Below, in pieces: positions 38,870 to 51,830 of a stretch of 64,000 nucleotides of DNA. Origin of the DNA: Takakia lepidozioides (Eukaryota; Plantae; Bryophyta). The stretch spans positions 30,504,001 through 30,568,000 of the forward strand of contig CM060733.1 of the NCBI GenBank assembly GCA_030704615.1. Reading direction: 5' to 3'. A program made the translations under genes and the position numbers. The notes beneath the pieces were generated by a model. It did no database searches. It saw only the letters and a list, made by a program, of their open reading frames with translations, and was not told the DNA's origin. Every line of letters begins with the position of its first letter. Within the stretch, counting starts at the first letter, position 1.

Positions 38870-39304
38870 GCTGTCGTGCGCATACATATCGCTACACAAC
38901 TACATCGCTGTCCAAAACCACACAACACATGTGCACACCACACACTAGTATACCACTAGTCCAACCACTAGGCTACAACTAGTCAGTCACTAGGCTGCCA
39001 CTATGCTGCCCACTATGGCAGTCATTAGTCCACACAATCGCCCCCCTAGCTGGTGCTTAGGTCCCTCTAAGTCCAGGTAGCCACAAGATGTGATAGTGAC
39101 CATAGCCTCACTAAGTCCTCCACCACTATCCCTACTACACTCAAACTCGATAGATCAAGAGGCCGGGTGCAAGAGTTGCCCCATCGTTAGTCGCCGTCTT
39201 GCAACCTGTGAACTTGAGCTTGGGATCTCATGTATTGACTCCTATGAGCTTGGCCTCCCATGTCTTGTTAGCTGCCTCCAGTCATGTCCACTGCCACTAT
39301 CCCA

Positions 39305-39490
39305 AGCGTGTGGACACAACCAATCTCCGTCAGAACCTTCTCAAGAGGTGGTGTCAAGCATTCCATATCTCCGTCACGAACCTTTCTCAAGAGGTGGTGT
39401 CAAGCATTCCATATGCCAACCCCTGAGCATCGATCACACACAGCATGGTGGCTGCCCCTTGGCAGACCCACAAGCATGCACCTCAAACCT
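39305..39490 (-). pseudogene. PHD zinc finger at the integrase C-terminus (frameshifted, with a ~45-bp internal duplication)
   Basis: Reconstructed across frameshifts: LRCML(C)GSAKG.ATML.CDRCS.GWHMECLTPPLEKV.DGDWLCP, the C4HC3 PHD signature. Confidence 0.8.
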
Positions 39491-42389
39491 GCAGGTACCA
39501 CTGCCAGTTTGGGTCACTCTGCCATCGACATTGGGAAGGGACATGGCGCACAATTACGCCCACATTGTCCTTCCAAGTCATGCCATCCCAACCCTCCAAG
39601 ATCAGGACCCCCTGAGTGCAAACACCTCTCGAACCTCAGAATAACACGCCTGCAGTAACATCCAGAGTCGTAGGAGCAGTCTGCTGCAAATAAACATAGT
39701 CACCAGGGCTAAACCTCCGAACCCCAGGACGATATCCTCCACCACGTATAGTGGCATACCTCAACGTATCACGGTGCTGTGCAATGGCAAGGTTCTCAAA
39801 AGCCATGGCATGACTTTCTTGAACAACTCTGCACACGCTGATCACATACACGTACCCACATGTCCGGATCGTCAAGGTTAAGGACTTGAGAGCAGTGTCC
39901 CTACGAATGGCTGCAGGCATCCGGCTCTCGGCCAAAGAGAAGGAAATATGGTGAGAAGGAGACAAGTGATGCTTGTTTGCTGACCTGTAGCCCATGGCTA
40001 ACCAAGGACTGAAGATCCCAATCTCCTAGGTGTCCCTTCTGCAAGCCATACTTGCGCAAACCCTCTTCAACCCGTCTGACAACTCTCTCTGCTAAGCCAT
40101 CGGCCTCAGATGATCCCGAGAAGTGGTGCGGTGGTCTATCAAGGCTTCACACAAGCCTGAAACTCCCCCAAAACTCTCTCCTTGGTCCGTGAGTACCTCA
40201 GCTGGAGCACCAAATCGGCTAAGCACACGACTCCAAGAATGCATACGCAGCCCCCTCACTACTACCTGTCGGCAATGGAACCAACTCAATCCACTTGGAG
40301 AAGTGCTCCACCATCACCAACACATATCTGTGGTGGCGCATAATCAGTGGCAACGGTCCTGCGAAGTCAAACTCCACCTGTAGCCCAATCCCATGATTGG
40401 TAAGGATGCAACTGTGGTGTAGGGGCGTTGAATGAAGCACGCACCCTGTCACACACCTGCACCTAGCCACGAATTGTTGCACCTCTGTATGCATACCACG
40501 CCACCAATACTGCCCCCTGCAGTAAACTGTGAGGCGTCGCACTCCAAAATGCCCCACTCCTCATGGGCATGCCGCACGAACACGTGCACGCTGTGGGGTG
40601 AGGCACAATCCTCACCCGACCATCCTCCCACACTCGAGTAGTGTATCCCCCCCACTTGAACCTCTTGGCTCGTTGCAGATCCGATCTCTCCCTGGCAGTC
40701 ACAATGGCTGCCTGTCTCCCGTGCGGAGGTAAGTCCAACACAGCGAATCTCATGTATATCTCTGCACCACCTAGCTCATCACTAGCCTCAGGGTCCTCAG
40801 ACACTCCGTCTCAGTCATCCCTGTTGTAGGTCCATCTGACCTCCCGATGCCAAGATACACACAATGCAGATGCGTGCCATCCCGGCACCATCTCCTCGTC
40901 CGTATCACCATGGCCACCGAGCTCCAGTGTCCTTTGCTAGCTCATGCATGGATTGCGACTCAATCCATCCGCATCCCGATTGACCAAACCCGGTCGATGC
41001 ACAACCTGAAAGTCATACTACTCCTGGAGTATAAGTGCCCACCGTGCAAGCTTCCCCGTAAGCTGTTCCTGACTCCATCAACCACTTGAGTGCTGGTGAT
41101 CCGTGACAAGGGTGAAAAGATTGCCGTAGATAGCACCTGAAGTGTGCCACGGCCCACACTGCAGCTTAGCACTCTCCCTCATATGAGCTGTACTTAGCCT
41201 CTGGCAGCGTTGTTTCGAGCGGCTACATAAGCCACTACGAACTCTCTTCCTCATCATCCCCTGTGTGAGCACCGCTCCAAGCCCAGCATGCTCCAATCCG
41301 TATACAGCTGAAAGGGACGCCCCCTGATAGGTCGTCTCAATATAGGCGCCGAGGTCAACCTCGCCTTGAGCTCTTGAAAAGCTCTTCCTGCTCATCTTCC
41401 CACTGCCACCTCCTGGTCCACCTTGGTCAGCTTGGTTAGAGCCTTGCAATGGTACTAAACCCTTGACAAAACCGTCTATAATAGTTTGCCAACCCATAAA
41501 GCTCGAACTCGGCTCACATCCGTGGCGTTGAATTTGTGCAATGGCCTCTACCTTAGTCTGCTATACCCCCAATCCTCCAGGATATATCATGTGACCCAGA
41601 TACTCAATCTGGTTGTGGAAACTTGCACTTCCCCGATGCAACTTCAATCCGTGCACTCTCAAGCGCTCCAATACCACCTGAAGGTGTCTCTTATGCTCCT
41701 CCATCGTAACACTAAAGATGATGATGTCATCTATGTAGCACCGAAACAAAGTCACCCCCTGCTAGAATCCTATCCATGACTCTCTGAAACTCTTGCAGGA
41801 GCATTCTTAAGCCCAAATGGTAAGAACCGCCACTGATATAGGCAATCTTTGCCGTGCTCATTGATCCCCCCAGAATGCCGTCTCTTGCTTGTCCGCCTCC
41901 TTGATTGGCAACTGGTGATATCCGGATCGTAAATCCAAAGTGCTAAGGCCTTAGCATGCCCGATGGCATCAAAGATCTCCTCTGGTGTTGGCATGGCATA
42001 CTTATCAGACTTGGTCTGACGATGTACAGACCGGTAATCACCGCACATACGTCTCTCCGTCCAATTGCCATAGACATCCTTCTTGGCTGGCATCACGTTG
42101 CAACCTCTTGAGCAGTACTCCATGCCTGCTCAGTCCAATGACAAGGCCTCATCCGCCCCCCATCATCTCATCCTTGAGGACCTCCTCAACCCGAGAATCC
42201 CCAACTCATCCCTCCCACACAGCCGCCTTGGCTGCCAACTCCCTCTGAACCTCGAGCACCTCCCATGTGTGCCATGGATGCATGCAACCCCGTGGTCCTC
42301 ACATGCTCGCCCCCACTCACTGACCTGTTACCGTCTCGGTAGGCAGAGAGCCATTGAGGGAAGTGTACCCGCACTCTGCGTTGCTCAGC

Positions 42390-43350
42390 AGAGCCAAGCT
42401 GATAATCCAGGTCAAGCAATTGAGATCCATTGCTTGCCCCAACACTTGACGACGTGATGCCTCAGAAAGAGACGACACCGCCGTGGTACCAGTGGTAAAA
42501 TCCATTGCCCGCTCACGCTCGTCAGCATTAGGCTCCACTAACTGCTGCAAACTGAGCATCCCACAGGAGGCCAGGTCCACTATCCCGGAAAGCATGCGAT
42601 CCTGGGAAGCTGAGCAGTGTAGGTAATGTTGCTCGTGGTTGACCCACCTTGTTGACCACTGCCAAGGCGAACGGTCATCGTGTCTCACACGCTGAGACTG
42701 CCTCCCTGTGTCTAGAATGTTATCCACTGTGGAGATGTGCTGGCCGATGCACCCCATCAAATGCACGCTTGAGCAGTGCGGGTGGCATCAAGTTAGTCCA
42801 CCATAGCCGTGGACGATGAGCCCGTGACCCCACTATAGCTGCATCTAGCAACACTGCTAACCCAAGCCACGACCGACTTGATGCACAGTAGCCATCACCC
42901 TAGCCCAGACTCGCCCATCAGTGGCACATTCTCCAAGATGTATGCTGGAGATACAGCTTGATGAAGCTGCAAGTGGCGCAAAACCCGCACCATCTCCCAA
43001 AACAGACCCGACCTCGATTCTCGCAATCCATTGCCATGCCCGGCTTGATGAATGCCCTTGGCAGGGCCAACCTGCCACTACCAGATCAATGGAGCCAACC
43101 CGCTCCAAATCCTGCGCCCCCAGCAACGAAATGTCTGCTGGGTAAGGCCCTTCTGATATCCATGAATTGCAGACACCGACACCAACTCAGGGTACCGCTG
43201 CACCAACTGAGCAACATGGCGAAGTGAAACGCGTCGTGCACTCTCATCCCTCTCCACATAAGGTAACGCCGAACTCGTACACCTGCTTGTAACACAGCAG
43301 CCAATCCGGTGCTGATCCCGCCAAACAAGTCCAGAAGACAAATGCCTTCA
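42390..43350 (-). pseudogene. DNMT3-like cytosine-5 DNA methyltransferase domain inside the retrotransposon pol
   Basis: Motif I LLDLFGGIS, II YVERD, IV DLVVAGWPCQG, VI YILENV, VIII DAAIVGSRAHRPRLWWTNL, IX ERERAMDF..GTT, X RRQVLGQAM, in correct order. Confidence 0.9.
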
Positions 43351-46300
43351 TCCGGATACTGCCACACAATAGGTGTGGTGTCCAATGGAGACAATTGAGG
43401 TGGTCCTGGTGCAATCCCCACACCCTCTCCTCTCCTCTCCTGACGGTACAAAAGAGCTCCACCCAGGCTTGTTGCACCCGTCGATCAGCATCCCGGTGCA
43501 AATCCTTGCTCGTGCCCCACAATGGAGTCTGAGCAACCATGGTAGGCAACTCCGCCATACCATACATGTCATCCTGCTCTCCCGGAGGTGGTACATCCTC
43601 TGAATGAGCATTGCCCTCAAGCAACTCTCTAGGCCAACTCACTGCCCCTGTGAATGCTGCTAGTGTCGGCATCTTGCCTCGCTGGGCAAACCGCAACTCT
43701 CCTATGAACGTCACAGGGAGCTGCACACGCGCGGCCCTCCCCTGACTGCCATGCAGGCCTATAAGAAGCTGACTCCTCCCAAAAAATCCAGGGTGAAGCC
43801 CATAGGTACAACACTGCCCCACCAACCAGGACATCGTATGAGACTGCGTCTGTCACAATGGCCTTGGCTCGCATCACTGAGCCATCTGTAGGGTGATCTG
43901 GCCGTAGTCTGATAGCCAACTCACACCATGTCATGCCCCAAGCCTGCTCCGATCCTCCCAGAGACGTTTGTATCTGGAAAGGACAAGGCTCCATATCCGC
44001 CTCCGTGAGGCCCAAGCCTGCAATAGTAGCTCCGCCCAGCATCAATGGCTGAGCTCTCGAGTCCAACAAGACCCGCAGTGGCCAGTACCTCTTGCCTGCC
44101 GGTCCACTCAAACAGAAAATGCCATCCTGGTGTCTAACATGACAACTCTAGGTGTCACCATGGCGCGCTCAATGGCTGGCCTAGCTGGCAGCTCCATCAA
44201 CCTGGCAGCTGCAGCTTGCCATGGCGCCGCCGTGGCAGTCTTGACCCTCAAATCCGAGGATCCCTCCGGCACTACACCTCCCATTATCTCCGCAGAAGAT
44301 GAAGTAACCTCCCCACTCTCACAGAGTGTAGCTGCCAGCCTGAACACCTCAGCTGGTCTTACCCCCGGCGTCGGTAGCCGAGAATAATGGAGCCTGGCAC
44401 ACAGATGTGGCCGCTCCTAGCAGCACACTAGCTGCCGTAGCCTTGGCGACACTAGGTAGTGGTGCTACCCGTGTAGCTCTCCCCAATGGCATAGCAACCT
44501 CCGCCTCGGTAACAGTCGGCGAGAACTAGGTGTCATGGATGGCGTCGACACTGTCTCCGCCAATGTGAATGACTGAGGAAGCCTAGCCTGACGGCTTGCC
44601 TCCCCACGCTGTGGATCCAACTCCACCTCTGCACCTCGTGGCTCAGGAACTCGTGCTGCTCCTCGAGTCACGGCTGCAACAGACTCCACCTACACTAGTG
44701 GTAGTGCTGCTCCACACATGAATCCCATGCCTCCCATATCTCCTCCCTCAGGAGCAGGAGGTGGACCATCCGGCCTTAGAGCCGGTACCACCTGAGCTGT
44801 AGCCATGGCAGCGAGCCTTTGCTCTAGCTGCAAAAGCCGGTTGGCCATGCCTTGGTCAACCCCCTGACCTCCGCGTCCTTGGCCATGTTGAGCTTGCCTT
44901 TGGCCTGCACCTCGTCCTCTCTGGGCTGCTCCACCTCACCCCCGGCCACCATTGTTCCCTTGGAACTGGCTTGGGCGCAACTCAGGATGCAAACCATAAC
45001 ACTGGGCCTCTCGATGCCCGTGCTTACCACAATGCCCACACTGCAACTATGCAGGCTGTGCATGTGCCGGCCCTTTGCCTCCCTCTGGGAAATCCTTCTT
45101 GACATGGGGTCCTCCACATGTCTAACACACCACATCCGCCCGTTGTTGCCCAGCAAATGAAGGGAGAGACCCCTGCATCTGAGGTCCTCTCTGCCCTTCC
45201 CTGAGCTTCACCTGAGCCCCCTTGTTGCCTTGAGCACGTTGAGGTAGTGGTTGGCTAGGAGCACCACTACCCCGTAGTGTCTCCTTAGCAAATCCCACCG
45301 TGACCACTCGTTCCTCCACCATGTTGAGCTCTATCCGCTCTGCCAGCAAAAACACATTTGCTAAGGTGGGTTGGGCCGCTTGTAGGAGAGTTGCATCCCG
45401 CACCCTTCTCCTCAGCTCCTTGTCCAATATCCCATACCAGAATTGGACTGCCTGAGCTTCCGTAACCCTTTGGGTTACATTTATCAAGCGCCTCATGCGA
45501 GTGAAAGCCTCCCTCAAGCTCTTGGTCGGCTTCTATTGGAACTCTTGCAAGCTCCGCAACTTCTCTGTCCTCACCCCTTGGTAGTTCCCTCTCAACTCTT
45601 CGAAGAACTCCACAACAGGGTTGAAGGCAGGCACGGGTGCTAGTGCTGGTGCGGTAGTGGCTTGGGTGGACATCGTAGCTACTGTACCACTAGTCCCACC
45701 AGTCCCACTGCTACTTGCTGAAGCTGCCGGTGCAACGACAAGTGTAGCCACTGCCCTCGTGGCTCTAGTGCCCCTAGTGATGGAGACATAGTCGGGTGAC
45801 CAGTACATCCTCCACTCCTCGATCTCAACCTCATGCCCCTGCCTGAACTCATGGTAATCATCCATAGGCGGCCCCTCAAGGTGCTGAAACAACCCCTTCC
45901 ATGCCATGAAAGGCGTAAATAGTTGTGGATTGCGCATTTGCTGCAAATCACACCAACTATCAAACTCTTGGATAAAATCATCCAACTCGATGGTGCCCAC
46001 CGCCCCAGAGTACCTTCGTGGCCCCTTGGTAGCTCCATACATCTCCTCCATTGTGTCCCACAACAATGACAAAGAAACAACTTGCACCGCTGGTATGAGT
46101 CCTCCTGATTCACAATCCGAATCAGAACCTTCCGTAGAAGACACAGGAGGTGAAGGTGGCCTAATCCGCACACCTCGTCTCGTGTACCCACTAGTATCGC
46201 TAGTGCTCGAACCGGCACTGTCCCCAGCAACTAGTGGCACCTCCGTGTTGACACTCAACCGGTCATGAACATGTCCCTAACCCCCTCTCCACAAGGTAAC

Positions 46301-46757
46301 CGGGTAGAGAACCTGTTGCGGCTTATGGTTTGGAATACTAAGTTCCTAACATAGCCTACACCTGTACCTGCATCCACCGCAAGCACTCCTATGGTTGGCT
46401 GGTCATCACCTCCAACCTCACCACAGGAGAAACAATGATGGTCTGGCTGGTCATCACCCCAGCCTCACCATCGACAGCATGCTCTAGGACTGGCCGGTGA
46501 TCAAATCCGGACCAATCACCTATAAAAACAAGCGCCCACACAAAACTAGCATGGCGCACAGTCAAGCATGCAGGTATGGAGGGGATCCAAACACAAGAAA
46601 GCAGAACGACAACTCCCCCACACCAAAAACAACTCCACGGTGTTGCTCCTGCAAGGACACCCCAGCCCAAACCCGGACTGACTGTTGCCTCCACCTACGG
46701 AAAGGTCTTGGCCTAATGAGAGGGTGGAAACTACGAGGAAGAGAAGCTAAAGCACCA

Positions 46758-49700
46758 GACCGGGCACGTACTTGGGTCATGAGGGCGAACGAGCACAAAA
46801 AACCTTTTCTCAATATCCTTGAACACGGATTCAGGGATATTCTTGGTCGCTCATACCTCGGGCCACAGTAAGGTTCTAGGATTTCATCCTCTTCTTCCAC
46901 ATCTGGCACTATATGTGGATGGATTCCATCTCTGCGATGATTCTTGGACCAATTTGTTTTCGGCCAGAATCCCTCAAGAAGCTGAATACGCTCGGGAGCT
47001 TCTGGAATTGGCTTATCCAGCTCGGCGAGAATGTTTCCCCAGTACTGGTCGTATTGTTCCATTCGACCTCTATAATGATCGTCAAACATCATTCCTTTCG
47101 TCCAAAAATCCTTGTATTTTTTTATTCCATTCTTAATGAATGACTGTTTTTCGGAGGAGTCGTCCCCGACTCCCCAGGTAGGTCTCATTGGAACGGCGTC
47201 TGGGTCTCCTTCAGGGAGCTTCGGAGTCCCGTCAGGATTGGACTTCCACATCTTCACGCTATTGTTTGTTGAAAGCCAATCCGAATCAGTAGCGGACTTC
47301 TTGTACTTCATGACAGGCCAGCCCTCCGCATCCTTAAAAAAGCGGAAGACGTGCATCTCCGAAATCCCGACCAACGCCTCCTTTCCATCGAGAATACAGC
47401 CCTTGACAAAATTCTTGAAGTCAGGAACCTCCTGAATAATCTGTGGAATGAACTGCAGATTTTGCGAGGTCATAAAAGACCTTATCAAATCCGAAAGAAT
47501 GTAGGTGCTTCATTCCTTCAGCTTCTTCGATAGGTAGCTGAAGAACCCGTCGATGTCCTCATGGGTGTGTCCGACCATTAGGAACCCTAGTTGGAGGAAT
47601 AGCAAAGCAAACATCCATCTGTTCTTATTGTCCTTCGCGGAGTTGTCCATTTGCAAGTACAGTCTTCTCGGAAGTGGACAAGCACCACATTTGTCTTCCG
47701 GCCTGCAGGGTTTAAGAGCATCCAAACATCTCGATTTATCTCTTAAAAGTGATTCGAAAAACTCGTTTTGAAGTCGGTAATCGAAAATGTTCCTGGACTC
47801 GCGACAGGTTGGCTTCTCCAACTGGTGCAGGCAACGTACCAAAGAACCAATTGTAAAGTTTGAATTTTCCTTCCAGAACTTAAGAGAATACTGTCCGTAA
47901 GCTCCATCACCGTGTCCGTGCGTGACCATTCCCGTTAGTGAAACTGGAAGCTGACCCAATCCAAAAATCATCTTGTTTGGAGTCTGTAGCCTTGGAACAG
48001 CTGTTTTCCTATGATCCATTTTGTCGTGAATAATACAGAGAAACTCCTCCGGAATCATAATAGACTCATTCCTCCAGCTATGGTACAGTCTTCTGCACGA
48101 CTCTTGGTGCCTCAAATGTTTATCAAGAGCTCGTTTGTGTGTCACCTATTCCACACTTCTCTTGACAGACTTTCCGATCAGGTCCTTTAACATCTCACAC
48201 TCCGTGCACTTCGCAAATATACTCCCAGTTTTACGAACCTCCACGTTATGAAATATCCGACTCCAGATGCGGCTAACAGCCGACTGCGAGACTCCTTCCA
48301 ACCCGAATAGTCTGTTGGACTGTTACAATAAGGTAGGGTAAGGAAAAGAACGTCCACTGGACAGTGGAGGTTCATGAAGCTAGAACCACAGTCGAAAGAG
48401 ACAAAATCGAAGGGAGGATCATCCAAATTGAATCAGAAAAAACATCCAGGAAAGAAATTGAAGAATGGAGATTTCATACCTCGTTGGACTCGTCTCGTAT
48501 TTGCTTCCAGTTCATTTCAGGTGGTAAGACTCTCAAAGTATCCCTCCTTCCCTCCCCAATGCATCTTGTCTTGTGGGGGCATGAGGTTAGTATTTCCGTT
48601 GATAATGGACATAATGTTACCCTCTGCCTGAAGCGTCCTTGGGCGTGGTCTCTTCACTCCACGGTTCCCATGGAGACTTGACAACCAACCCTGTTTACTC
48701 AATTTTTTGTACTCCATGTATGTGGACCTGCCAATTCCATGAATTGTCCACCAAGCAGTCTCACAAACATCCACACCCTCAATCGTAACGCATGCCCTAC
48801 GAGAGGTCCCTTCCAGCATGTGAAGTCGTTTTGAAACATTTAGTCCGTGTTCTCTCTTCTCATCGAAAGTGGATCCCCAAAACAAAGTACGGATAGCCAA
48901 GGTTTTTCACCAATCGAAATATGGACAGCTTCCTCGTAAAATGCCGATACGCCGCTTTCTTCACACCTGCCTCGTGATCTTCGTACAAGATACTGTTAGA
49001 GGATCTAATAAAATCCTCCAGATCATTTGAGAGTAGTCTCCCACTTTCCAAAAGTCGTGTTTTTGTTAAATGCCATTTTACAAGAGACATCAAAGATCCA
49101 GAACCTCCTGAAAGTATTCTGATGACAAGAACTCCAACATCGTCCTCTCCGAGTTTGTCGTTGAGGATCACCTCGTCCGGAATGTAGGCTTGAATCCTCC
49201 CCTCAAACAGTGCACCCCCATCATCACCCAACAGTACGCACTGCAAGTTTCTCCAGTTGTTTCTTCCGAGTCCTCCGCTTGGATTCCCGAAATTCTTCAA
49301 TGGTCTGTGGTTTGATTCATCCTTGTCGACGTTAGAATTCTCGGCAGTATCCCTTGTCTCCGGCATAAAATCAGGATTCATGTCAGGCCCTCCTTGATAC
49401 TCGTTATTCTCCGCATGAACTTCGCCAACATTCCACACCACCGGGATCCCAATGGCCTCCTTCAAGGTGTCAGCATCCATATGTCCATAAGGAAGATGAC
49501 ATAATGAGTGTGCTTCATCACAGGAGATGAGAACCACTGAAATGGTTGAGGAAGATAATTGGTGTCCATGACAGGTCCCAACCCCGGAGACATTAAGGCA
49601 ATCCCCAGTGGCTACTGAAGATGAAGACCTAGGAAGAGTAAGAAACACTCTTTGACCCATCTCTAAGCTCATGATCACCGGAACCTCCACTGCACACACG

Positions 49701-50550
49701 AGGTTCAAGAAACTGAAAACCCCTCCGTGACGACCTTACTTACAGTAATAAGCAGTATGAGTTAAGACTATATTGAGAGATCAATCAATACAATAAAAGG
49801 AAATACACTCACGTATGAACGTTTCAGAGAAGTAGAATAGAAATGGAATTATTGTTTAGTCTAGAACATGTCATGTGAAGATTGTGTCTAATTATATAAC
49901 CTCCACTGTACAGTGGAGGTTGGATGAGATACAGATGAAAAAGTCGGACGGATGAATACTAGTGGATGAACATGGTTACGTGGATGAATAATTGTAATGA
50001 CGGATGGATGTGAGCATTGACGCGACTGTTCAGTGGAGGTCCACGACTTGAGGTATGACGAAATACAGAAATTGGAGAGTATTGGACTGTAATTTCTAAA
50101 CATGCAGATCAGAAATAAGTAGATTTTCCTGTAGAGTATCGAAAACACACAGATGTCATAACATTTTCTACGGGAGAAAATGAAGTTCGCATGAGAGATT
50201 ATGGAAATTCAGAGAGGTACACCTGCGATGGCCACAGAGGTACAGGATGCTCAGAAAGGTGCACTATGGGAAGTGAGGTGGGAGATGAGCAGAGAGGTGC
50301 GGGAAACACAATCTGCAAGTGAGAGGTATGGACATAGAAGTTTGAACAGTTTGCACTCAGACCTTATATAGAGGTGGGAACCAGGTTGCCCGTTGGAACT
50401 CCTCCAATGGGATAGTGCGATACATTGTCTCGCGGATCAATTTCCGTCGCCGTTGATATCCAATATGGCCACAATCGAACGGTTCTGGATGGTGCAGGAG
50501 TGCACTCTTTGACCGATTTCGGAAAAGAGTGTCCTTTACTGGTAGATCCC
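46758..50550 (-). mobile_element. Sola1-like DDD DNA transposon (disrupted), 3' end truncated at the gypsy junction
   Basis: Transposase motifs IIHDKMD, LYLQMDNSAKDNKN, FLMVGHTHEDIDGFFS; upstream SLHGN region; fragments 48860-49708, 48517-48900, 47510-48145, 46760-47488; possible terminus GGGATCT at 50550 next to TATA. Confidence 0.7.
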
Positions 50551-50704
50551 TATATAACAATTATGATGCCAGACCGATAACGGCCGATAACGGTGGTTCA
50601 ATGGTTTGGCACCCGTGCTTATAAAGCAGTACGTATTTCGCATTCAATGGCGTCCAAGTGGATGAAGGCCTGACGCCGATGACAAGCGTTTCATGAAATC
50701 GTGC

Positions 50705-51021
50705 TGTCAAGTTACTTTACCACTAGTGTGAAACTAGCTAGGAAATAGCTAGCTTTTACATATTGACATTTGGGATTGGCCCAAGTGTCAATCCAGGGGT
50801 CAAGGCAGATTTAGGCCCTGGAGTGGTTATCTTCACGGCAAGCGCGGAAGGCTCATCTTTCTCGAGTTGAGCCTCACCGCGCCTAGCTATGGCGCCGTAG
50901 TGTGGATTCCCCATGGCGTGGGGTGCACTTGGCTTGACTTGTATTTGAGTGATGAGGTTATATATGCATGAGTTTATGCTTCAGATTTGTGAGCTCGTAC
51001 TTGTATTCTTCTTCTTTATCA
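50705..51021. mobile_element. Solo-LTR-like unit, inverted copy of 38551-38869
   Basis: tgtcaagtta...ctttatca; reverse-complement identity. Confidence 0.8.
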
Positions 51022-51830
51022 CTCGAGAAAAATGAGCTCGTATCTGTGAGTGCCAGATACGAGTTAGTTGTAGCACTTGTGGTTTTTTTCTTGAGAATGA
51101 GAGAAACCAAGTTGTTATGTTAGGAGCACCATGAAGCTCTTGGTTGTTAGAAGCGGAGGCGATGTGGGTTACGAGGTGGTAGACCTTGGCATTCGATCTT
51201 CAGCTTCAGAGATGAAAGCACCATGCTGCAGGTAATTCCAGAGCACCTTGATGGTTTCAGATTGTGTACATGCATGAGCAAGCACGATTGGGAAGAGGAC
51301 CAGTCAAGAGCAGGTTATAGTGGCTTTGGTGGCAAAGCTGAGAACTGGACTTGGGAATGCGAGCTTTCATTGTGTGAAGGATTGCAAGACCAAGCGAAAG
51401 GGCTGATTTGGCTTGGGGCAAATCAGTGCACTTTGTGGAGTATGGTGAGATTGGGTTTCAATCTCGAGCTTCAGCATTGAGAGGGCTCTTGTCATGGCAA
51501 GAGCAGGGCTGGAACAGGAGCTAAGAGGTGCGGCAAGGCCATGGAATGTGCACCTAGGGTTTCAGAGCTTGGAAGAAGAGCTCTTGCACCACAAGAGAAG
51601 TGTCTTGTGGCTGGAAATGTAAGCCTTAGGGTTTCAGGAGCTTGGCAAAGGCTGTGGAGTGCTTAGTCTTGTCTTAGAGAGCATCAAGGAGCCAAGGAGC
51701 CAAGATAGGGGGCTGATATCTCTTGTGTGAAGAGGTTGCATGTGTGGAGCATGTATTCAGCCCATTGAAGCTTCCATCTTCAAGCTTGGAGGGCAAGCAA
51801 GGAAGAGGGAAGGGCTGACTTCCCTTATGT
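51022..51830. mobile_element. Decayed retroelement-like relic related to 8840-10000
   Basis: Shared motifs with 8840-10000; PBS-like TGGTGCTTTCAT on minus at 51212-51223. Confidence 0.4.

Larger units (their letters stand above)
38872..46757 (-). mobile_element. Degenerate Ty3/gypsy LTR retrotransposon encoding Gag-PR-[C5 DNA methyltransferase]-RT-RH-INT-[PHD finger]; 5' LTR missing
   Basis: Gag 46258-45000 with CGHCGKHGHREAQC knuckle; protease RVLLDSRAQ ~44080; RT PAKKDVYGNWTERRMCGDYR, YIDD; RNase H; integrase GHFGV, DFAGP, TDQG; PPT AGGGGGGCGAT before TGTGTGG LTR start at 39036; many frameshifts. Confidence 0.9.

Noticed and set aside
42390-43350. Bacterial restriction-modification MTase or contamination
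   Set aside because: Motifs VIII-X are DNMT3-like and the domain is colinear with retroelement pol, with no cognate nuclease
38551-51021. Composite transposon or LTR-mediated inversion bounded by the inverted 319-bp units
   Set aside because: Neither matching outer TSDs nor swapped TSD pairs are present
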